Assembly: GCA_001661245.1 (NCBI GenBank) | Contig: KV454011.1 | Coordinates: 2,282,987-2,346,986, forward strand | Length of the DNA: 64,000 bases | Direction of reading: 5' to 3' | DNA from: Pachysolen tannophilus NRRL Y-2460 | Taxonomy: Eukaryota | In this document: positions 56,418 through 64,000 of the stretch, piece after piece | Numbering within the stretch: position 1 is the first letter of the stretch | Layout: every line of letters begins with the position of its first letter | Made by a program: the position numbers and the translations under genes | The notes under the pieces: generated by a model | Seen by the model: the letters and a program-made list of their open reading frames with translations, nothing else | The model's database searches: none | What the model was told of the DNA's origin: nothing

Positions 56418-58157
56418 ATGATTGAAGCGTTTCGTTTGAACGTGTTAAGATTTAAATCAAAATCTCAGATCTCATTTAGCAGAGTGGTAAACTCTTTTCA
56501 GAATACTAGAAGCTACCACTATAGTAAAAACGGAAATGACAACAGTAGTGGCAACAGCAATGGTAACAGCAATGGTAGCCAGTATAAATATCATGAATAT
56601 TTCAGAATAACTGATAAGTATAGAATGAAAATCTCACTGTCGGTCGCAATTGGTGTTAATTACTATGTATTCAGTTCCTTTTCTTTAATTGAGAACCAGA
56701 CTTTTCAAACTAAGTTGTTCACTCCAGAACAAGTTTCAAGACATAATAAAAAGGAAGATTGTTGGATAGTGATCGACAACAAAATTTATGATATCACTGA
56801 GTTTTTAGGAAACCATCCTGGAGGAGCATCTGTATTATTGAAGTATGCAGGCCGTGACGCAACTGAAATCTTTAGCAAGATTCATTCAATGGACGTAATC
56901 GCTAGAAGACTATCTACTAGTGATTGTATAGGTGAATTGGTCGGCAGTTTTCCTAAAGTTGAAGAAGAAGAAGAAACAGTAAAAGAATTTATTGGAACCC
57001 GGAACCTAGAAAATGGTGTTCCACCAATATCTCTGATTTTTAATCTTTCTGATTTTGAGTTTATTGCCAAAAAGGTTCTTCCAAAGACGGCTTATACTTA
57101 TTATGCTACAGGATCCGATGATGAATTTACACTAAGAGAAAATCATCATGCTTACAGTAGGGTTTACTTTCGTCCCAAGATCTTGACAGATGTCACCAAT
57201 GTCGATATTTCTACAAAATTTCTTGATACTGAGGTTCAAGTTCCAATTTATATTACTGCTTTCGCTGGTTCGAGAATGGCACATCCAGATGGGGAATTGA
57301 ATTTGTTGAAAGCCGCAGAAAAGGAAGGTATTATTCATATGGTGCCATATCAGTTATCTTTCCCATTTACCGATTACATGAAAGAAGTTAAATCAGGTCA
57401 AGATCAATGGTGTCAGTTACATTTTTACTCAAGAGAAGAAATTGAAAACATAGGTGAGCAGCTTGCCAAGTATGAAAAGTACAAAACAGTCAAGGCTATT
57501 TGTATCAATGTAGATTTAGCATCATTGGGGAATAGAGAAAGAGACGACAAAGTTAGGTATGAATTTGATAAAGATGGTTCATTGGACGAATTTACCAGTG
57601 CTAGCGATAACAGACCTTGCTTGACTTGGACTGACATTGACAGGATTAAAAAATTGACCAATATTCCTATTATTTTGAAAGGTGTTCAAAGAGCAGAAGA
57701 TGTTATCTTAGCTCTGGAACATGGTTTAAATGGTGTTATCTTATCAAATCATGGTGGAAGGCAGTTAGATTTCTCCAAGGCACCTCTTGAAGTTCTTTCC
57801 GAAGTTCATAGAGCCACCAAAGGCGGAATTTTGCTTCCTACTAATTTCAATATATTTATTGATGGAGGTATAAGGCGTGGAAGTGATATAATTAAAGCTT
57901 TATGTTTGGGAGCTACTGGGGTTGGCTTGGGCAGACCTTTTTTATTCAGTATCTCTGGTTATGGAGAAGAAGGAGCTATTAAAGTGATACAAATTTTGAA
58001 AAACGATATGATTAGAAGTATGAAGTTATTAGGTGTTTCCAAGATATCAGAATTGAATGCAGACTTGATAGATACAAATATGTTAACTTTTAGAAATAGA
58101 CATGCTGATAAATTGTACGATCAAGTTTATGAGCAATTGCCCTTTCCAACATGCTAA
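56418..58157 (+). CDS. CYB2: Flavocytochrome b2-like alpha-hydroxy-acid dehydrogenase (cytochrome b5 plus FMN barrel) with a diverged active site
   Basis: HNKKEDCWIVI, HPGG heme domain; TLRENHHAYSRVYFRPKIL, LGNRE, ILKGVQ, SNHGGRQLD, DGGIRRGSDIIKALCLGA, GRPFL. Confidence 0.8.
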   Translation: MIEAFRLNVLRFKSKSQISFSRVVNSFQNTRSYHYSKNGNDNSSGNSNGNSNGSQYKYHEYFRITDKYRMKISLSVAIGVNYYVFSSFSLIENQTFQTKLFTPEQVSRHNKKEDCWIVIDNKIYDITEFLGNHPGGASVLLKYAGRDATEIFSKIHSMDVIARRLSTSDCIGELVGSFPKVEEEEETVKEFIGTRNLENGVPPISLIFNLSDFEFIAKKVLPKTAYTYYATGSDDEFTLRENHHAYSRVYFRPKILTDVTNVDISTKFLDTEVQVPIYITAFAGSRMAHPDGELNLLKAAEKEGIIHMVPYQLSFPFTDYMKEVKSGQDQWCQLHFYSREEIENIGEQLAKYEKYKTVKAICINVDLASLGNRERDDKVRYEFDKDGSLDEFTSASDNRPCLTWTDIDRIKKLTNIPIILKGVQRAEDVILALEHGLNGVILSNHGGRQLDFSKAPLEVLSEVHRATKGGILLPTNFNIFIDGGIRRGSDIIKALCLGATGVGLGRPFLFSISGYGEEGAIKVIQILKNDMIRSMKLLGVSKISELNADLIDTNMLTFRNRHADKLYDQVYEQLPFPTC

Positions 58158-58314
58158 TAGGTGTAGAGAGAGATAGAGAGAGATTACTAGACATAGAAAT
58201 TATTCATCTTTTGCTTTTATTCTTTTTTTTTATTTTTTATTTATCTTCAACTTCTGTTGAATAAATCAATAAAAAACTCATTTGCTGTTTTTTCTTTTCC
58301 TTTTTTACTTTTTC

Positions 58315-58431
58315 AATTTGTAGTCAGGCTCCACGGTCTGTCAGGACCGATATTATCATCAACGTCTTATATATTTTATATAAGACACAGTTGACCGTCG
58401 TGAGTTGTGGAAAAATCATCATTTACAAATT
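58315..58431 (-). ncRNA. snR73: Box C/D snoRNA snR73 (25S Cm2959 guide)
   Basis: Box C ATGATGA 58422-58416; guide CTCACGACGGTC antisense to 25S GACCGUCGUGAG; C' TGATGA 58361-58356; D CTGA 58327-58324; 8-bp terminal stem AATTTGTA/TACAAATT. Confidence 0.9.
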
Positions 58432-58530
58432 CAAAAAATAAAAAAAGAATCAAAAAACAAAAATTAAATCATCTTTTGTCACCAAAAAAAATCCTTTCTT
58501 TTTGATACTAAAAAGTTGAATAAAATAATA

Positions 58531-58613
58531 AACATCAGACTTGAAAAGGTTTCGTTTCATAGAAAATCTCAGACATATGCTTGTCATTTTAAATTTCAAA
58601 TTCATCCTCTGTA
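58531..58613 (-). ncRNA. snR74: Box C/D snoRNA snR74 (18S Am28 guide)
   Basis: Box C variant AGGATGA 58608-58602; guide GACAAGCATATG antisense to 18S CAUAUGCUUGUC; D' CTGA 58572-58569 (the +5 rule gives A28); D CTGA 58538-58535. Confidence 0.9.
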
Positions 58614-58761
58614 AATAAAGAAAAAAAAGAAAGAAAAAAGAAAAAAAAAAAAAAGACATCTATATTGAATAAAATTAGTTAGTAAATGAATTCAAATTTT
58701 CATCATTATTATTGAGCTCTAGAGATAAAAAATTTGTGAAACCATATAGAGAGGAATAATA

Positions 58762-58849
58762 AGTTTCAGATAGGCATGAATGGTTATTGTAAAGAATGTA
58801 TCCTTCATATAAAATCGGACTCGTCATCTATTTGGATCATCTTCAAGTG
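58762..58849 (-). ncRNA. snR75: Box C/D snoRNA snR75 (25S Gm2288 guide)
   Basis: Box C variant TGAAGA 58845-58840; guide TAGATGACGAG antisense to 25S CUCGUCAUCUA; D' CCGA 58818-58815; second antisense element CCATTCATGC to 25S GCAUGAAUGG; D CTGA 58769-58766; flanking GAGGAAT/ATTCCTC stem; within intron 58915-58660. Confidence 0.9.
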
Positions 58850-59028
58850 TATAATTCCTCTTTCGTTTTATAAATTCTTCTCTTCTTTGAGCCCAATAAA
58901 CACACTGATACTTACGAGTTATTCATTTTTGATATCAAAAATAACATTATTTTATGATACCAAAAAAAAAAGAACCACAAAATAAAGAAAGAGAAAAGAA
59001 ATAAAGCAAAAAAGAAAAAAAGGTAAAA

Positions 59029-59120
59029 TAAATCAGTCACGGCGAGTTTCTGAGGCTCGCCTTTAATGCATTGTCACTCATCAAATTATTCAGTGCCCAG
59101 TGCAATGTTTCCTCATATTT
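59029..59120 (-). ncRNA. snR76: Box C/D snoRNA snR76 (25S Cm2197 guide)
   Basis: Box C variant ATGAGGA 59116-59110; guide GCACTGGGCA antisense to 25S UGCCCAGUGC; D' CTGA 59093-59090; C' TGATGA; internal GGCGAG/CTCGCC hairpin; D CTGA 59036-59033. Confidence 0.88.
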
Positions 59121-59277
59121 TAAATAAAATCAAAAAAAAAAAAAGAAAAACAAGAGTAAAAATAGCAATAATAAACTGTGAATTATAAGTTAGTACAATT
59201 TAGCCTTTTTAAATATATCAAGGTTCTATGTTAGCAAAAAAAGAAGAAAATTGATTCTGTTGAATAGTTATCATTAA

Positions 59278-59360
59278 TAATCAGTCTTGGTGCAAAAACT
59301 TATCAACATCTGAAATTCAGCCAGTAATTCCAGCTTTGTTTTTGTAAAATCATCACTGTA
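59278..59360 (-). ncRNA. snR77: Box C/D snoRNA snR77 (18S Um578 guide)
   Basis: Box C GTGATGA 59356-59350; guide AGCTGGAATTACTG antisense to 18S CGGUAAUUCCAGCU (one G-U pair); D' CTGA 59320-59317; D CTGA 59284-59281; inside a GTATGT...TACTAAC...CAG intron. Confidence 0.92.
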
Positions 59361-59625
59361 AATGATAAATATAAAATATGAATTCAACTTTTGTTGTTTG
59401 CTAACAAAATAACTAAAGAATAAATAAATAAATAAAAAAAAAAAAAAAAAAAAAAACATACCAATTATTACCATAACTCAGAACTCTGAATTAAACTCTC
59501 CTATCATTAAAAGACTTATTACTTATTAGAATTTTCAGCTTTAAAGAAAGAAATAAAATAAAATAAAATAAATAAAAATAAAAAAAAATTAACGGATATT
59601 ACTATATCATCGATAATATATTTTC

Positions 59626-59707
59626 AACTTCAGCGATTAATGTTCAGATCATTTTAAAATGTCATAAACTCTAGTTTGTAATTTATTAATTGAAGTCATC
59701 AGCAGTC
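59626..59707 (-). ncRNA. snR78: Box C/D snoRNA snR78 (25S Um2421 guide, S. cerevisiae numbering)
   Basis: Box C TGATGA 59701-59696; guide CAAACTAGAGT antisense to 25S ACUCUAGUUUG; D' ATGA 59665-59662; D CTGA 59633-59630; the +5 rule hits the U of ACU. Confidence 0.85.
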
Positions 59708-59790
59708 TAACAATATATTATTTCTGACAATATATCTAGAACTAACTTACATATTAAATTAATACAAAACAAAAATTTAAATCGTTTATT

Positions 59791-59865
59791 ATATTTATAA
59801 AGATGATATTTCCAATTAACCAACCTTTTATACCTCTTTTGGTGAAAAATTTTTTTTCACCAAAA
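59791..59865 (-). promoter_or_regulatory. Promoter of the snoRNA host gene: TATA box plus RRPE within an inverted repeat
   Basis: Minus-strand TATAAATAT 59799-59791; TGAAAAATTTT at 59843-59853 inside the 13-bp inverted repeat TTTTGGTGAAAAA-ttt-TTTTTCACCAAAA (59837-59865). Confidence 0.6.
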
Positions 59866-59934
59866 AAAAAAAATTAGAAAAAATTGAAAAAAAAAAAAAA
59901 AAAAATTTCAATTTACCCTCTTTTAAATGCTATT

Positions 59935-62900
59935 TTAAGAGGAAGCGGCAATAGCAGCGGCAGCAGCAGCAACTTGTTTGTGTTCTTTTTTCAAGTCTTT
60001 GAGTGTGACGACTGCTCTATGGCCATTGATATTGGTAAGTAACCACCTATCGTCATCTTCTTCGATAACATTGAGTGTATTTTCTACTATTAGGTATAAA
60101 TCTTGAATTTCTTTTCTTTGGGCTGCGTTGAGAGTGGTAAGGTCAGAATTGATATAAAATCTATTGATGTATTGATATAATGCTTGACTAGCACCTCTAT
60201 AATCATCATTGTTTAATCTCCATGAGTATAAGATTTTGTGATATTTCAATGATCGTTTTTGAATTGATTCTTCTTCTGTTAAATTTGATAAAATAGTATC
60301 CATGGCAAAAATTAATCCCTTACTTGTAAATAAATTTTTGAAACTAACAATTAAATTTATTTTATTTTTTTCTAATAAAGTTAATACCAATAGATTTAAT
60401 GATTTTTCAACTAAATTCATTGCTTTAAAATTGTTAAGAGCAGTAATTGAATTCTCATAATTATTCAACGATAAGGAAATTTGAAAAAAATTCCAGTAAA
60501 CAATATCATTATATTTTGTAATATTATCTCCAATTAATTCATCAATTGTTAATTTTGTTAATTTAAAAGATTGGTTTAAAGAGTTTGGAACTTCTTTAAA
60601 AAAATTCACCAATAAAAGATAATATTTGATTTTAGATTCAGCATCAAATAAGATTAAAAATCTAGAAATATCTGATAAATTTTTCAAATCTTGTTTTCCC
60701 AATTGATAATTTATAATATTATCACAATTTGATACAAATAATTCATATGCTATTTCTTGATTATTACTATTTAAAAAGACTAAACCTTTTAAAAAATTAT
60801 CAATAACATTGTCTTTTAAATAATCAATTATTTTTTTCTTAACAATTAATTCCGAATGTTTTAAAGATATTAAAGATGAAATCAATGATTGAAGTAAAAA
60901 ATCAGTCTGAACAACTCTGTTTACTATTAATTGATTTAATTTGTTTAATGAATTACCATTGAGGTTAAATCCACTATAATTAAATTCTTTATTAATGATT
61001 TTTAAAAAAAATGATGATGAATCTATATTAATGTTTAAAATTACATCAATATGTTTTAATTTTTTAAAAATATGATTCAAATCTTGGAAAATTTTTAAAA
61101 TTTTATCATTTGAATTAAGAATTAATAATACAATGCATGTGTTAATTAAAATTGCTTCATCCACTAATAATTTTGATTTAAAAGTATTTATAAAAAATTC
61201 AGAACCTAAATTTCCAAATTTTTCATTTATTGGAATGAATTGTTCTTCAGAATAATTTGTAAAATAATTTACTATAAATTCCAAAATTTCAATTAAATTT
61301 GGAATTAAATTCAAATTTATTAATAGTTGATTAACTATTTCTTCAGTTAAATATTTGGATAATAAATTATCAAATATAAAAACCATTTTTGATTCCACAT
61401 CATCATCTTTAATTTGTAAAAGTTGTCTTTTAAATTCATAAATAGTTATACTATTAAAATTCAATCCAAATCCATTAATTACATCAAGATATCTTGAAAG
61501 TTTTTCTTCATCTTTATTATAAATCGAATTTTCAATTAAATCACATGGTTTATATATCGAATAATGTAAATTTTTCAAAACTAAAACCAAATTTTTTTTC
61601 AAATCATAATCTATTGCAATAGGTTCAAGGCATTGTTTCAATAATTCTTTACATGATCCATCAAATCGCAGCCATTGATTTTTTAACCGTTTAAAATTAT
61701 TAGTGTCGTCATCTTTAGCTGCAAAATTATTTATAGCTAATATTCTTTGTTGAAGTGATAATTTTAATTCAGGGTGATAATCATAATATGATTCAAAAAT
61801 TGATGAGATTGTTTCCAAGATTGATTTATTGTAAATTCTCAATACTTTATCTATATAATAAGTATTGATTGAATCTTTTGAATTTAAATATTTTTCCCAA
61901 AGTGGGAATTCATCATCTCTATCTATTACATGCTGATTTTGATGTTGTTGTTGTTGTGAAAATTGTTGTTGCAGCAAATGTTGTTCTATCAAAGTATACC
62001 ATTCATAATTAAAAGTATCTAATTGTAACTTATTCATTTGAATTTTTTTAAAATAATTTGATTTTGACATTAAAAAAATTTTTAAAAAATTTTTACCATC
62101 TTTATAAATTTTTAAAGATTGTATTACCCAATTTAATTTTTTATTTTGATCAATTGGTAAATCAATAATTTTTAACATTTTAATTGTTAATTCATAATCA
62201 TTTTTTTTATTTTCAATTATTTGTAAAATATTTAATTTTGAATGATTAGCTATGATTATAAATTTATCATGATCAATAAATTCAATCAGATTTGATAAAT
62301 TTAAACTTAAAAAATCATTGTTATTATTATTATTATTTTCAATTCCATCATTAGTTATTATTTTTTCTAAATTTTTTTCAAATACAATTGTATGATTTAA
62401 TAATGACCAAATTCTTAAAATTTTATTAATTGATAAAGTTACAAGATAAATCTTGTTAAAAATTTTCATATCTAATATTGTATTAATATTAATATTATCA
62501 ATTAAATCTTGATTTTTCCCCTTATTTAAGAAAAACAATTTTTTAGCTAAATTATTAAAATATGAAGAATCATTAAAATTTAAAGCACCAATTGAACTAA
62601 ACATTGATTCTCTTTTAAATTCTAATAATCCACCATCTATTAAAGGAACAATAATCAAATTTTCACTTAATGAATGAATTGAAAAAGCATTTCTTAATTC
62701 AAAAGAATAAGGAACATCATAATGACACCATTTTTCAATTGGAACCAAATTTTTTTCATTACCAATACCATTTTCTGATTTTTTAATAAAATCTTCTATA
62801 TGGAAATAAAGAGATATAAGTAATCCATTTAAAGTTAATAAATCAATTATAATACCATCTTTTTTAACAAAAACCGATAAACAATTTTCATTATATACAG

Positions 62901-63264
62901 TATCTGGTAATTTTAAATGGAAATTGTTTAATGTAAAATTTAAATGATTATTGAAAAGTAATGGAGTTAAAACTAATGTTGTACAATCATTTAATAATTT
63001 TAAACAAACTCGATCAATCAACCAACTTGAAGTTTCCAGTCCATTAATTTCATCGTAATCTGAAAAATCCACAAAGCGCCCAGTCTTTGTTAACTCATTT
63101 TCAAATTTAAAACGTGCATGTTCTCTACTTGTATCTTTACCGCCATCATCTTCATTATTAATTTCTACCTTGTTATAAATAGGCAAATTTATCCAAACAT
63201 CTTCAACTTCAGTTCCCAAAGCGTCATTGTTTATCACAACTTCCGAAAACGCTGCTGTCATCAT
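59935..63264 (-). CDS. NUP120: Nucleoporin Nup120/Nup160
   Basis: About 1110 aa; WCHYDVPYSFELRNAF, PLIDGGLL, YLVTLSINKILRIWSL beta-propeller; YHKILYSWRL..DDYRGASQALYQYI C-terminal motif; ATG at 63264 (the ORF-track extension is microsatellite). Confidence 0.8.
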   Translation of the reverse strand: MMTAAFSEVVINNDALGTEVEDVWINLPIYNKVEINNEDDGGKDTSREHARFKFENELTKTGRFVDFSDYDEINGLETSSWLIDRVCLKLLNDCTTLVLTPLLFNNHLNFTLNNFHLKLPDTVYNENCLSVFVKKDGIIIDLLTLNGLLISLYFHIEDFIKKSENGIGNEKNLVPIEKWCHYDVPYSFELRNAFSIHSLSENLIIVPLIDGGLLEFKRESMFSSIGALNFNDSSYFNNLAKKLFFLNKGKNQDLIDNININTILDMKIFNKIYLVTLSINKILRIWSLLNHTIVFEKNLEKIITNDGIENNNNNNNDFLSLNLSNLIEFIDHDKFIIIANHSKLNILQIIENKKNDYELTIKMLKIIDLPIDQNKKLNWVIQSLKIYKDGKNFLKIFLMSKSNYFKKIQMNKLQLDTFNYEWYTLIEQHLLQQQFSQQQQHQNQHVIDRDDEFPLWEKYLNSKDSINTYYIDKVLRIYNKSILETISSIFESYYDYHPELKLSLQQRILAINNFAAKDDDTNNFKRLKNQWLRFDGSCKELLKQCLEPIAIDYDLKKNLVLVLKNLHYSIYKPCDLIENSIYNKDEEKLSRYLDVINGFGLNFNSITIYEFKRQLLQIKDDDVESKMVFIFDNLLSKYLTEEIVNQLLINLNLIPNLIEILEFIVNYFTNYSEEQFIPINEKFGNLGSEFFINTFKSKLLVDEAILINTCIVLLILNSNDKILKIFQDLNHIFKKLKHIDVILNINIDSSSFFLKIINKEFNYSGFNLNGNSLNKLNQLIVNRVVQTDFLLQSLISSLISLKHSELIVKKKIIDYLKDNVIDNFLKGLVFLNSNNQEIAYELFVSNCDNIINYQLGKQDLKNLSDISRFLILFDAESKIKYYLLLVNFFKEVPNSLNQSFKLTKLTIDELIGDNITKYNDIVYWNFFQISLSLNNYENSITALNNFKAMNLVEKSLNLLVLTLLEKNKINLIVSFKNLFTSKGLIFAMDTILSNLTEEESIQKRSLKYHKILYSWRLNNDDYRGASQALYQYINRFYINSDLTTLNAAQRKEIQDLYLIVENTLNVIEEDDDRWLLTNINGHRAVVTLKDLKKEHKQVAAAAAAIAASS

Positions 63265-63272
63265 AGACTCAA

Positions 63273-63352
63273 TCTCTCTCTCTCTCTCTCTCTCTCTATG
63301 TATGTATATATCAATTCCCCAGTTACAACACACACACACACACACACACACT
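63273..63352. repeat. (TC)n and (CA)n dinucleotide microsatellites just upstream of NUP120
   Basis: Visible tctctc... and cacaca... runs. Confidence 0.85.
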
Positions 63353-63948
63353 TTTATTTATATATATAGATAATTTTGTTTTACAAAAAAAAATTTTGAA
63401 ACTAGAATTATTCAAGAGCCTAAAACGAAAACAAAAAAAAAAAAAAAAAAAATCAACATAAAAAGTAGTGTTTTAATTACTAAAAGTTACAAATTTTCAA
63501 AAAGTAGTGTTTGGAAATTCTAGTGTATCCAAAAGAGGAAATATGATAGAAGTTGAGATAACAGGGGCTGTATCGTTTTTTTTTTTGCTTCTTTTTTTCG
63601 TCTCCCGTTTTTGGCAGATGAAAAGTGCAAATTCGATGGAGTTATAATTAAAAGAAGAGCAAAGACGTTATTGGGTCATGATATGGACCAAATGGGTCAC
63701 TGGATGTTGCTCAATAAGAGAAAGAAAGAAGGTCGAAGCTAAGTGTTTAAACTGAAATTTAAAGAAACTCAGGGTCCCTTGAATGGTACTCACCATTGAA
63801 AGGATCTAAATCTTTATTTTAATCGGGTAGCAAGCGGGCTTTTTTTTTCAGATCTATCCTTTCGCTATATAGCTACTAAAAAATAAAGTTGGTTTCTGCC
63901 GATATATGTAAGACTCATATTAGGATAATTGAGTACTTGCTTACCGCC

Positions 63949-63989
<41 letters not shown>

Positions 63990-64000
63990 CTTTTATATTA

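Larger units (their letters stand above)
58315..59775 (-). ncRNA. Non-coding snoRNA host/polycistronic transcript (snR78-snR73 cluster); ends approximate
   Basis: Six C/D snoRNAs in conserved order on the minus strand; donors GTAAGT 59750, GTATGT 59461, GTAAGT 58915; branch points TACTAAC 59195-59189 and 58684-58678; acceptors CAG 59176 and TAG 58660; no credible ORF; TATA and RRPE upstream. Confidence 0.8.

Noticed and set aside
793..57661. Numerous antisense and alternative-frame ORFs nested in the main genes
   Set aside because: Shadows of biased codon usage and repeats, with no independent motifs
43171..58157. DLD1-like and CYB2-like genes as a lactate-utilisation cluster
   Set aside because: Separated by about 11 kb of unrelated housekeeping genes; proximity is probably chance
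58450..59474. Short ORFs 58450..58659, 58776..58985 and 59274..59474
   Set aside because: Homopolymer-driven, with no protein features; the region is explained by the snoRNA cluster
63265..63351. N-terminal extension MCVCVC...REREREI of NUP120 in the ORF track
   Set aside because: Translation of microsatellites from a non-ATG start; the real start is likely 63264
63786..63796. Minus-strand ATG-GTGAGT as a possible first exon of NUP120
   Set aside because: No CTAAC-type branch point between it and the NUP120 ORF
1..64000. tRNA genes (including tRNA-CAG), rRNA genes, transposons/LTRs
   Set aside because: No cloverleaf with A/B boxes, no extended rRNA similarity beyond the snoRNA guides, and no transposase/RT ORF or terminal repeats recognised by eye

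Overview
AT-rich, gene-dense budding-yeast (Saccharomycotina) chromosomal DNA with about 27 protein-coding genes: a C2H2 zinc-finger gene, BIM1, AFG3, NOT3, PRM1-like, an MFS sugar/polyol transporter, GYP5/GYL1-like, RAM1, RIM13, NUR1, HPR1, ELO, RRP43, UBP12-like, RBK1, BPH1, DIB1, FCY1, DLD1-like, Asterix/YPR063C-like, TFB4, SIF2, MMS4, FES1, SEC8, CYB2-like and NUP120. Nine spliceosomal introns missed by the ORF track can be reconstructed in NOT3, PRM1-like, DIB1 (3), FCY1 (3) and the Asterix-like gene. Two signals stand out. (1) In-frame CTG codons fall at Ala/small-residue positions rather than Leu positions, which points to the CUG=Ala code (translation table 26, Pachysolen/Nakazawaea/Peterozyma type), so the supplied translations are probably wrong at CTG. 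(2) The apparently empty 1.8 kb between CYB2 and NUP120 hides a minus-strand non-coding host transcript with six box C/D snoRNAs in the order snR78-77-76-75-74-73. Some of these still lie in introns and others do not, and there is an Rnt1-type AGUU hairpin and an RRPE/TATA promoter. HPR1 and RIM13 both have coding-like C-terminal tails stranded in the -1 frame. Homologue comparisons are from memory; no searches were run.
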